A stretch of DNA of 60,641 bases, taken from contig JAYXXD010000002.1 of the NCBI GenBank assembly GCA_036019775.1, forward strand, positions 1 to 60,641, in the 5' to 3' direction. Shown here in pieces: positions 36,901 to 44,938 of this stretch. A model generated the notes under the pieces. The model was not told where the DNA came from. It saw nothing but the letters and a program-made list of their open reading frames with translations, and did no database searches. Source of the DNA: Thermoplasmatota archaeon. GTDB lineage: Archaea > Thermoplasmatota > Poseidoniia > Poseidoniales > Poseidoniaceae. The stretch's first letter is position 1, and each line of letters opens with the position of its first letter. The position numbers were made by a program, and so were the translations under genes.

Positions 36901-39900
36901 TGATAAACCAGCTTTCGTTTCATGGTGGGATTACGGATTCCAAGCACTGAATACAGGTGAACACCCTTCCGTTGCTGACAACTTCCAGAGTGGTATTCCT
37001 GCTTCAGGTAACATGTTGCTTGCACGCAGTCAAACTGATTTGGTCGCCATGTTTACACAACTCCTTATTGCTGGTGATCTCTCATACAATGCTGCAAAAA
37101 CTGGCGAATGGTCGTTTACTCCTCAATTTGAAGCAGCAATGAAGAATGGATTAAACAACCCTGAACAGTTTGCAGAACTTGAACTCATCATGGTCCGTGA
37201 AGGCATGGATTTCGATGAGATGAAGGAAGTTGTTATCGACCATTCCTTTGAGGTTTTCAAGAATAAGGGTGATACGTACATGAGCCGAGGTTATCCACTC
37301 GATACAAACGGTATTCCTGATGAATCACTCGGGCTCCATTATCGTGTTTGGGCGGATGGAGAATTGATTCCTTGTGACAACCCAAGCCTAGATATCTGTT
37401 CGAATGGAGATTATATCTCCGAACAAGCTGCAAACAGCACATTCCGAAACAATGCAGATGTCAGTGCATCTGAAGTATCTGAGGTTACGCATTACACCTT
37501 TGGTGAGTATTGGTACACAGCTGATTTGGTCGAAGAGTACGCCTCAGTATCAACCGAAATACATCGAGCAAATGCACACATCGCACTCGTTGTCCAACTC
37601 CTAACCAATGGTTTAACTGATGAAGAGGTGGTTGATTTGTATCATTCAGTCATCGAACTCGAAGACATCTACGAAGTTCAAGATTACAACGGAGCTCCTG
37701 GTCAGACTCTTGAGCGAGACCATGAAATCCGATATTTTGCCATCGATGACAAACTCTATCCAAGAGCGGGAAGATACAACTCTGAAGCAGGTTACAATGG
37801 AGGACGGCCACTCGGTATCTTCGGTGCACCAACGATTCTTTCAGGTCAAGATTTCAACACGTTTACGAACGAAGTCTACGAAACAAAGCGAGGCGATCAG
37901 CCTGTTCGCGAGATGGACCGAGAGGCTGTTGATGAGGCCATGTTGAAAGACGTTCTCGACCAACAATCCGGAGCAGATATCGAACCGCTTACCGTTCAAG
38001 ACATCCGTATCGATCATCTTCCTGAATTCTTCGATACTATGTTGGCTCGGTCCTATGTTGGTTATGGTGCATCAACGCTTGGCGCTGATTCTGGTTCAAC
38101 CAACCCACAACCTCGTCAACAATTGAGCGAAAGTGCAAGAGGGACATCGTTCCTTCAACAAGCCTACCCGTTACCAGGTGCTATGATGAATCACTTTGTC
38201 ATTGCAAATTGGTACGATCCTGAATCACCTGCAATTCTTGCAAATGCAAACGTCAAGGTCATGAAGTACTACTCAGGTGCTGAGATTTCAGGAACCGTCA
38301 TGACAGAAGATGACAAGATGGGGCTTCCAAATGCTCGAATCCTCATCGAGCGTGACGCATTCTCAGGTGAAGGAGCCGAAGATTTGGACGAAGATACGTA
38401 CTGGATTCCTATCGGTATGACCGATGCTGACGAGAATGGTGATTGGAGTTTCTTAGCACCTGCTGGTCGAATCCGAGTTTCTGCATTCGCAGGTGTCTTC
38501 GATGATACGCTAGCGATTCAAGAAATCCAAAATGGTGAATTTGCCCAAGGATTTGGTGACGTGTTAACCGATGTTAATGACAATCGTGAGGTCTACACAA
38601 TTACTGCTGTTCTGGGACAAGTTGCAAACATGACATGGCTGGGAGAAACGACACTCAACATCACGGGGGCACAAGCAGATCGTGATGTGAACGCACCAGC
38701 TCCAGAAACCATGGACATTGAGGTGCAAAGTTCTGGCGTTTCCGGTACTGTCTCTTGGTCTGGTTACGGAGATTTCGACGGCGAACCACTGATTGAAACA
38801 GAATTTATTTTGAGAAACATTTGGTCGATGACCAACAATTACACACTCACCACGACGAATGGTTCGTTTGAAACGGATGAGACTCGTATTCTGCAAGGAA
38901 CAGGTGAAGTAACATTCTCCGAGGAGGGTACATTCACAAGCGAAGGTGTTGCTCTTGCGTACGACTTTACAGGTAATTTCACTCGAGAAATTTCCGATGG
39001 CCGTGTGTTCTCAGGAAACGGAACTTGGAATGGTAAGGGTACCATCGAAGCTACTTGGATTGACCACGATAATGCAACTTTGGATTGTGGTGAGAACTCT
39101 ACTATGCCAGAAAATGCTACACTTTGTCTTATCAGTACTGGGACAGATTTCTCCACTTACCTTCTCGATGGTGAAGCAATAGCAAATGGCCGCTTGACTT
39201 CGGACGGAATCAGTACATTGATGAAGCAACTTGATGGTGAAACTTTTGAAGGCACAGGTGTCTTTGAAGGAGTAGGTACGCTTAATGGAACAGGTCTCTT
39301 TGTCGGTCCTGGAAGTTTCAGCGGCGATATCGTCGATCCAGGTTCATTCTATCAGACTGGCCTTGTACCGGGCGTCTATCACATGATTGCCCAAATGCCG
39401 AACGGTCGAGAAATTCTCTTACCCGATCCAGTTGAAGTAGGCATTGAGCCAACGTTCGACCTTGAAATGACCTTGCCAGCTTCTGTGTTTGAAGGAACAC
39501 TGAAGACTGTAACGGACGATCCAATAGCGAATCAAATCGTTGAATTTGTGGATATTGAACTGGGTGAAGACGAGATTGTAACGTTTACTTCCGATGATGT
39601 TGGTAATGTCACATACGGCCCGATCACCTCTGGTGATTATTTCGTACGAGTGGACATTGATGGTGACGGTTTCTACGAACTCAATCAAACAATCGAAGTC
39701 ATTGATGATCCTATGAATTTCACATTCGATGGCGCTGTACCTGACATGTACGATCTTACGATTACGCTTGATGGGCCTGAAGGCTTTGATGTCTCTGAAC
39801 GAAACATCACGTTTACAGATTCATTAGGTCTAGAATCATTTGACATCATTTCAGATGAAAGCGGTACCGTATTTGTTGAACTTCCATCTGGAGAATGGTC

Positions 39901-42900
39901 GATGAGCGACAGCAGCGATGACGATTACATCCTCGTAGAGGACATTCTTGTAGAAGATGCTGACATGGTCCTTGACTTCAGTTATGCGATCTCTGTTTGG
40001 GTCAATGGTACAATCCAAGCACCGAGTTTCGAAGGATACCCTCCTGAAGATTGGGCTATGCTTCCTGAGGATGATAGGCCGTATGCGAATGCAAGCAATG
40101 TTCAGATACGATTCCATGGAAACAATCTCGAGTTCGAAGCAGTAACTGACCTGTCTGGAACCTTCCAACAACGATTGCCTGCTGGAATGACCTTTAATCT
40201 GAATGCGATTAGCACAATTGGCTACGCAGCAGGTGCTTCCGTTACTGTTACCGAAGGAATGGGTGAACTTGACGTACTACGGCTTAATCAAACCAAAGAA
40301 GTGATTGGCTCGATTTTCCTCTTCGATAATGAGAGTAATTGGAACCAGAACATTCCCGGGTATCAACCGGTTGAAGTATATGCAACAAATGAAGACGGTA
40401 TAGTTTGGACAACTGAAACAGACGCTGATGGATCGTTTAACCTACCACTACTCTACGGTAACTGGTCAATTAGCGCACCTGCACCAGAATACAACGTATC
40501 ACCAGTCACTGATTACACTGTTGATGTTAATGACACTGACGGCATCAGACATGTGGAGTTGATCGCCAACCCAAGCAATTCAACAGTTACTTTGAATGTG
40601 TTTACAGACCTTGGTGATGGAGTCTTTGAAAACGGTACTGCCATTCGCCCAGGCATCCAACTTGTACCGATTACAAACGTTGGAGAACAAGTGAATGTTA
40701 CTTCGGATGATTATTCAGAAGACGGTATCGTTGAGGTTGTTCTCAGTCCTGGCGTGTACTCGATTTCAACAAGCTATGTTGACGCTAATGATGAGAATGC
40801 AACGGATGCTAGCCTTGAAATCAAAGGTCTTCTCGACCCAATCGAAATCGGTCTGTCTGGACCGGATGAAGCAGTCCTCGTTCCGATTGTTGATGAATGG
40901 AGAATGAATGGAACCATAACATGGTCAAACGGTTCAGCAATGAGCGAGAACTTCCTATTGTCCACTCCTGACGGTTCTGATTACGTTTCTGTATCTGTCG
41001 ATGAGAACGGTTCGTTTGCTACATACGTCCCAAGTGGAGACTACATCGTTGTTGTTGCACCTCTTGAGAATGAGGATGGAGTGACCGAATCGTTGCGAAT
41101 GCCGATTACTATTGATGCTGATTCGAATACACGAACTGAACTCTCGCTTGTTTTGGTTGAAGCTGTTGAAATTTCACTTACACTCAAGGAGAGTGGAACA
41201 GAGAACATACTTTCTGATAAGAGGGTAGTTCTCGTGAGCCATGATGGTTTTGGAAACATTACAATGAATCCAACGGACTCAGGAGGAAACTCTTCACAAT
41301 TGGTTATGCCGGGAACTTGGAGCTTGTACATGAATGAATCAGGTTCGCAGCGATTCTGGAACATTGATACGTACAGCGCTCCTGAGGAATACGTTTCGAA
41401 CAGTTCACTCGGAATTATCCATGCTGATCTTGAAGTCGAAATTGGTGGAAAGGTATACTGGGATACAGATGAAGATGAAGTTCCTGACATCAATGAGGGT
41501 GTTGAAGGAGCAAATGTAATCATCCAAGGTGGAGGCCTTGATACCAACGTTTCCACTGATCCTGCAGGTGTTTGGAGAATCTATGTTCCTATCTTGGAAA
41601 GTTACACTGTAAGTGTTTCAAAGGACGGATTTGGCGTTGTATCTTATGATGACAACAACACTGGCACCTATATCGTTGAGAATGAACCTGTTTCACAAGA
41701 CATCACGATGACTGCAGCGGAAGTTACTGTAACCGGTACCGTCACAGATGTCCTTGACGCTTCCCGACTCGATGGTGCTTCAATCACATTGTATGGAACC
41801 TCAGAAAACCAACAAGATTCGGTTGATGTCGTAGGCACACTTGACTCCGATACGCTATCATTTAGCGCCGTAGTTGAACCAGGTCAATGGGTTGTTGTTG
41901 TCTATGAAGCTGATGCTCCATTCAATGGTGGAGGCGTTGCAATCGGCCTTTTGGATGCTGAAGTGCAAGATGGTGGTTCTATCGAATTGGTCATGAGCAA
42001 AGGAGGATGGGTCGATGTTTCTACTGAATTTACATCATTCAATCTCCAAACTTTCAACGCAGGAACCGATAACGAATCCTCTCCTGTGAACGATATTGTC
42101 CAAGTTGAAGTCGACTTGGGAGATGGAAAGGCGTGGGAGATTCCTCTCGAATCAGACGGAACGCTTGAAGTTCTATTGCCTGCAGACTCGGTTACCTTCA
42201 ATTCGGATTTCTCTACGGTACAGCGTGATCTTGTCATGAATTATACCGCAGGAATTTCCATTGAAAATGGTGATGAAGGCCGGACAGCACTGATGCTTTC
42301 CTACAACCGAAGAACCAACAGCGATCTAACGCTCTCTGTTTTCGATGTCGAAGGGGCAACAGTTCTTGGTGATGAAAACCGTGACTTACGTGCAATAATC
42401 AACTCCGATGACACAGATAACTATACATCGATAGAATTTGAAGTCCGAGCACAATATGAAGGAACAGAGATTTCCGATCCGTTCGATGTTTCAGGAACTG
42501 TATCTGTATCTCCCGACCAAGCTGAATGGTCTGTTGAGTTCTACAATGGAACTGATTGGATCAGCAGTACTGAAGTTCAACTCGGAATAGGCGACGTAGC
42601 AGCAAATGCAACATTGGAAGCAACGATTCAAGCACGAATCCTACTTCCATCGGTTGAAGCAGCTTGGTGGCTTGAGAACGGTCATGATGTCAACATTCGT
42701 TTCTCTGCTGATAGTGGAGATATGACAGAAGTGTCGATCAATGTTGAAGTTCCACAAATCTATGCATTTAACGTAACAGACCTGACCTCTACAGTTGGAG
42801 TCTCTCCTGCTGGAAGCACGACTGCAACACTGACCATCAACAACAACGGGAATGGTGATGATTCCTTTACCTACGAGGTTGTGGATAACATTCCTGATGG

Positions 42901-43528
42901 ATGGACAGTCAGCCCAATGAATGGTGTCACCACAATTGCAAAGGAAAACTTGCGTGACCTAGCCTTCACAATCACTTCCCCTGCAGACTTCAACGAAGGG
43001 GAAATTAAGGTAAAGGTACGAATTACAAGTGAAGACGGTACCACACAAGTCGAAGAAGAGATAACTGTGGAATCGGCACGAATTGCGTTGAATTGGAATC
43101 AAGACCTATCAAAGTCGAGAAGCAATAACTTCGCTGACATTGATCCGAACACCCTTGTAATCGTTATCGAGAATAACGGTCTTCGAGACGCTCAACAAGT
43201 TACAGTTTTCGCCAAGACAGAAGGTCTATCCGAGGTGAATATGACGCTCAGTGTACCTGCTGAAGGGTCGACTGACTTTGAATTCATATTGCCAAAGGCC
43301 AGTCAAGGAATTACACGTTATGACGTACGTGCTGTTGTTCTAGGCGATGATTTGAATTATTCCACAACTACGGTTGGTGATGACTTCAGCATCGAATACT
43401 TAGTTCAAGGTTCTGAAGATTCATCAAACCCAATTGTGATTATCACAATCATTGCGTTGATTTTCATTATCCTATACTTTGGATTCAAGGCGTCTTCACG
43501 TGCTCGTAGTTCAGGTAGTCGATTCTGA
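33980..43528 (+). CDS. aglB: Giant archaeal oligosaccharyltransferase (AglB/STT3) fused to an extra N-terminal multi-TM module, a ~2,000-aa beta-sandwich-repeat extracellular region and a C-terminal TM anchor
   Basis: 3182 aa from the ATG at 33980 (the track ORF starts at 33869). STT3/AglB motifs appear in canonical order: EL1 GGSDPWYMKR (35198-), GLADHD (35537-35554), TIxE-like TVAE (36170-36181), WWDYG (36923-36937). About 8-9 additional TM helices precede the core. Repeated CarboxypepD_reg-like and CARDB-like modules follow it. C-terminal TM NPIVIITIIALIFIILYFGF (43427-43486). Confidence 0.85.
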   Translation: MEKVSKTSQRPVFGWLIAPLAVLIAVLANYVDGLMSIDVELNSDTMTPFIVTGVAGLLAVTPRILNQLGSLPESISQTQISLVMFILALVGSGFVEAQTDGFVAFTFFITLFGGYLLDTRERYEWMTMLVFTTVGIHASFDIAAAAAVDAYLPTMYEFSEGQSYDVSTFQETALGFVFFTWFTIFAILGLLVGVVGRGVLSPAGDKGWFSFNKVEDGWNRQALPLQIALFVWAGAHLATIWHFDQGSIADRLRLGGLGGVEASGFVGYYTALLTGIIAIIVSGMVAERWFTRAMTLSSLWGLYLIGSWYEEGFWTNETFAESWAPLIWLAITFFIGVAISMIGNHDKYGGWSNREEHRPSGARQFWNAHWASLLTVVAFIVGFVIRIQWYAIPSMHALGTDGFDMTGGSDPWYMKRVVDYILAQNAHLVLDADRAYPLGGINPRPPLFTWTLAIGAMILEPFLGEDAVWWSMLALPAVYGALTILPVAAIARDHFGKAAGVIAAWLIAFMPAHVTHSTWGLADHDSFVMLFIGLGFMFYLRAVKYAGSERLVRTTSIRPIDMLTAMGAVAQQRKYAMANAVLAGVSFAAASLGWKGFVVGPAILFLAYAAQVALNMFRRRDSTILSTLFLTMLLTNLLIALPFYAHPQMNLMLDGTGLQPFLFILLFTIVIMYITTGFRDKPWLLVLGTLAVGATVFLATLYVLKLTNLSNAWDVLFTGSGYFTKTKIFGTVAEANAPDRGYMFASFGPIVFVFALVVGLTSLWRAFSQRSQISLIFAVWIFTASYMSWTAARFLFNATPVVAVMGAAGIVGFWKWADWDGLVRTWRRAGIRTPSERIAGARRAVWRTPSFSAVVLVLIMLSGQQLTYGLDSAIPGNSPAEGDLDESFYYTIPDIMRWDGLGVSVLDSRDYEAFGGRAYMGSFGSGFNGQHWNDAHQWLAEQDRYHEGVSDESGCDQENGIWLSDLGLCEMRFGDKPAFVSWWDYGFQALNTGEHPSVADNFQSGIPASGNMLLARSQTDLVAMFTQLLIAGDLSYNAAKTGEWSFTPQFEAAMKNGLNNPEQFAELELIMVREGMDFDEMKEVVIDHSFEVFKNKGDTYMSRGYPLDTNGIPDESLGLHYRVWADGELIPCDNPSLDICSNGDYISEQAANSTFRNNADVSASEVSEVTHYTFGEYWYTADLVEEYASVSTEIHRANAHIALVVQLLTNGLTDEEVVDLYHSVIELEDIYEVQDYNGAPGQTLERDHEIRYFAIDDKLYPRAGRYNSEAGYNGGRPLGIFGAPTILSGQDFNTFTNEVYETKRGDQPVREMDREAVDEAMLKDVLDQQSGADIEPLTVQDIRIDHLPEFFDTMLARSYVGYGASTLGADSGSTNPQPRQQLSESARGTSFLQQAYPLPGAMMNHFVIANWYDPESPAILANANVKVMKYYSGAEISGTVMTEDDKMGLPNARILIERDAFSGEGAEDLDEDTYWIPIGMTDADENGDWSFLAPAGRIRVSAFAGVFDDTLAIQEIQNGEFAQGFGDVLTDVNDNREVYTITAVLGQVANMTWLGETTLNITGAQADRDVNAPAPETMDIEVQSSGVSGTVSWSGYGDFDGEPLIETEFILRNIWSMTNNYTLTTTNGSFETDETRILQGTGEVTFSEEGTFTSEGVALAYDFTGNFTREISDGRVFSGNGTWNGKGTIEATWIDHDNATLDCGENSTMPENATLCLISTGTDFSTYLLDGEAIANGRLTSDGISTLMKQLDGETFEGTGVFEGVGTLNGTGLFVGPGSFSGDIVDPGSFYQTGLVPGVYHMIAQMPNGREILLPDPVEVGIEPTFDLEMTLPASVFEGTLKTVTDDPIANQIVEFVDIELGEDEIVTFTSDDVGNVTYGPITSGDYFVRVDIDGDGFYELNQTIEVIDDPMNFTFDGAVPDMYDLTITLDGPEGFDVSERNITFTDSLGLESFDIISDESGTVFVELPSGEWSMSDSSDDDYILVEDILVEDADMVLDFSYAISVWVNGTIQAPSFEGYPPEDWAMLPEDDRPYANASNVQIRFHGNNLEFEAVTDLSGTFQQRLPAGMTFNLNAISTIGYAAGASVTVTEGMGELDVLRLNQTKEVIGSIFLFDNESNWNQNIPGYQPVEVYATNEDGIVWTTETDADGSFNLPLLYGNWSISAPAPEYNVSPVTDYTVDVNDTDGIRHVELIANPSNSTVTLNVFTDLGDGVFENGTAIRPGIQLVPITNVGEQVNVTSDDYSEDGIVEVVLSPGVYSISTSYVDANDENATDASLEIKGLLDPIEIGLSGPDEAVLVPIVDEWRMNGTITWSNGSAMSENFLLSTPDGSDYVSVSVDENGSFATYVPSGDYIVVVAPLENEDGVTESLRMPITIDADSNTRTELSLVLVEAVEISLTLKESGTENILSDKRVVLVSHDGFGNITMNPTDSGGNSSQLVMPGTWSLYMNESGSQRFWNIDTYSAPEEYVSNSSLGIIHADLEVEIGGKVYWDTDEDEVPDINEGVEGANVIIQGGGLDTNVSTDPAGVWRIYVPILESYTVSVSKDGFGVVSYDDNNTGTYIVENEPVSQDITMTAAEVTVTGTVTDVLDASRLDGASITLYGTSENQQDSVDVVGTLDSDTLSFSAVVEPGQWVVVVYEADAPFNGGGVAIGLLDAEVQDGGSIELVMSKGGWVDVSTEFTSFNLQTFNAGTDNESSPVNDIVQVEVDLGDGKAWEIPLESDGTLEVLLPADSVTFNSDFSTVQRDLVMNYTAGISIENGDEGRTALMLSYNRRTNSDLTLSVFDVEGATVLGDENRDLRAIINSDDTDNYTSIEFEVRAQYEGTEISDPFDVSGTVSVSPDQAEWSVEFYNGTDWISSTEVQLGIGDVAANATLEATIQARILLPSVEAAWWLENGHDVNIRFSADSGDMTEVSINVEVPQIYAFNVTDLTSTVGVSPAGSTTATLTINNNGNGDDSFTYEVVDNIPDGWTVSPMNGVTTIAKENLRDLAFTITSPADFNEGEIKVKVRITSEDGTTQVEEEITVESARIALNWNQDLSKSRSNNFADIDPNTLVIVIENNGLRDAQQVTVFAKTEGLSEVNMTLSVPAEGSTDFEFILPKASQGITRYDVRAVVLGDDLNYSTTTVGDDFSIEYLVQGSEDSSNPIVIITIIALIFIILYFGFKASSRARSSGSRF

Positions 43529-43584
43529 TTTGTCAAGAGACAAGAGTTCATACACTGGACCTACCCATTTGCAATGGGGAGAGC

Positions 43585-44790
43585 ATGGAAGAACTGCGTG
43601 GAGTTGAGTTGCTCCCAGAACCGGGAGAACCAAAAATTCTCTCCGCTGTAGATCCTTCAACATCAGAACATGAAGGACAATGGAGAGCTGAAGTGACCGG
43701 ATGGGCGCCAGTGGTGCCCGATACGATACCATATCGTTCGAGAAGATTGTTCTCGCTTACATCTGGATTTATTTTAGCGGTTTTTCTCGGTGCCATCGTG
43801 TTGTTATGGCAATCCAACCTCTTGCTGTTGGAGTTACCACCAGCTACGTCTGAATGGGCATTTGAAGATACAGAAATTCGAACTTTGCAGGATGAAGGCC
43901 TGACTGGAGATGGTGTGAAAGTTTGCATGGTTGATACCGGCGTTTCCAAAAGTCACGCTTCTCTTGATGGTGCAGATATCACATTAAAGGATTTTTTATG
44001 CAATGCTGCCGAACCAACTGACTATGGTTCAATTGCACATGGGACGCTCATGGCAGGTATTCTTCTTTCAACTGACTTGCAGAGAGGTGTTGCTCCGAAT
44101 GTGACTCTTGGCATGGCTGCTGCATTGAAAGCCGATGGTCAGAACAACACTGGCTCGGAAGCACGAGTTGCAGATGCAATCAGGTGGTGCATTTTTGATT
44201 TCGAAGCCGATATTATTTCTCTGTCATTGGGCGGTCAGCAAGATCAATCAACATCCAGAGAAGGTCCTGCTGCCTCTGCCACTCGTCAGGCAATCGATGC
44301 TGGAATCTATGTTGTTGTTGCTGCTGGAAACGATGGAGGTTCGGGAGATGATGGTTATGTTAGTGCTCCAGGCAACGTCAACTTGGCGATCACAGTTGGT
44401 GCATCCGACCGTGTTGGAAATACGTGGTACAAATCATCACAAGGTGAACTCATAGATTCAGATGGCAACATACGAGAGTATCCTCACCAGAAGCCAGAGT
44501 TAACTGCGCCCGGTGTCAATATTCTTTCAACGGGCATGAATGATCAATGGTACACATCCAGTGGGACCTCAGATGCCACGGTCTTTGTTACGGGAGCTTT
44601 GTCGCTCATTCTTGAGGCATATCCTGAACTAAAGCCGAGGGAAGATTCCACTACAACTTGCATTGAACTCGTAAAACGTGCACTCGCAGATTCAATCAGT
44701 TCCGATTTGAGTCATGATTCTCGTTCAGGCTATGGACAATTGGATGCAAAGAAATGGAAAAACCAACTTGCTGGGAACACAGAATGCTGA
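43585..44790 (+). CDS. Membrane-anchored subtilisin-family (S8) serine protease
   Basis: Catalytic triad context VCMVDTGV (Asp), HGTLMAGIL (His), SGTSDATVFVTGA (Ser). N-terminal TM FILAVFLGAIVLLW. Confidence 0.85.
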   Translation: MEELRGVELLPEPGEPKILSAVDPSTSEHEGQWRAEVTGWAPVVPDTIPYRSRRLFSLTSGFILAVFLGAIVLLWQSNLLLLELPPATSEWAFEDTEIRTLQDEGLTGDGVKVCMVDTGVSKSHASLDGADITLKDFLCNAAEPTDYGSIAHGTLMAGILLSTDLQRGVAPNVTLGMAAALKADGQNNTGSEARVADAIRWCIFDFEADIISLSLGGQQDQSTSREGPAASATRQAIDAGIYVVVAAGNDGGSGDDGYVSAPGNVNLAITVGASDRVGNTWYKSSQGELIDSDGNIREYPHQKPELTAPGVNILSTGMNDQWYTSSGTSDATVFVTGALSLILEAYPELKPREDSTTTCIELVKRALADSISSDLSHDSRSGYGQLDAKKWKNQLAGNTEC

Positions 44791-44938
44791 TTTTGCGACG
44801 GATTATTTTGATACTCTTTCACATATTTGATATTTATAATGGTTAAATAATGATATTTTAAACAATAAATGATATTATTGGATGTGTCAATTGGGGCGCA
44901 GTATTATATTTGTTCAGTTTCTAGGTTCGGATAGAGGA
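44791..44938 (+). promoter_or_regulatory. AT-rich promoter region with TATA-like boxes and four phased TGATA(C/T)T repeats
   Basis: This is the only long AT-rich intergenic stretch in the window. TTTATAA at 44834-44840, TTTTAAA at 44857-44863. TGATACT at 44809, and TGATATT at 44829, 44852 and 44871 (spacing 20, 23, 19 bp). GAGGA at 44934-44938 precedes the start codons at 44939/44945. Confidence 0.45.

Noticed and set aside
41041-41556. Antisense ORFs of 100-175 aa inside the giant genes (for example 41041..41556, 46976..47500, 41902..42237, 59675..60175, 60275..60592, 20123..20539, 23447..24001)
   Set aside because: All lie fully within much longer, motif-supported ORFs on the opposite strand and have low-complexity or Ser/Arg-rich translations typical of shadow ORFs.
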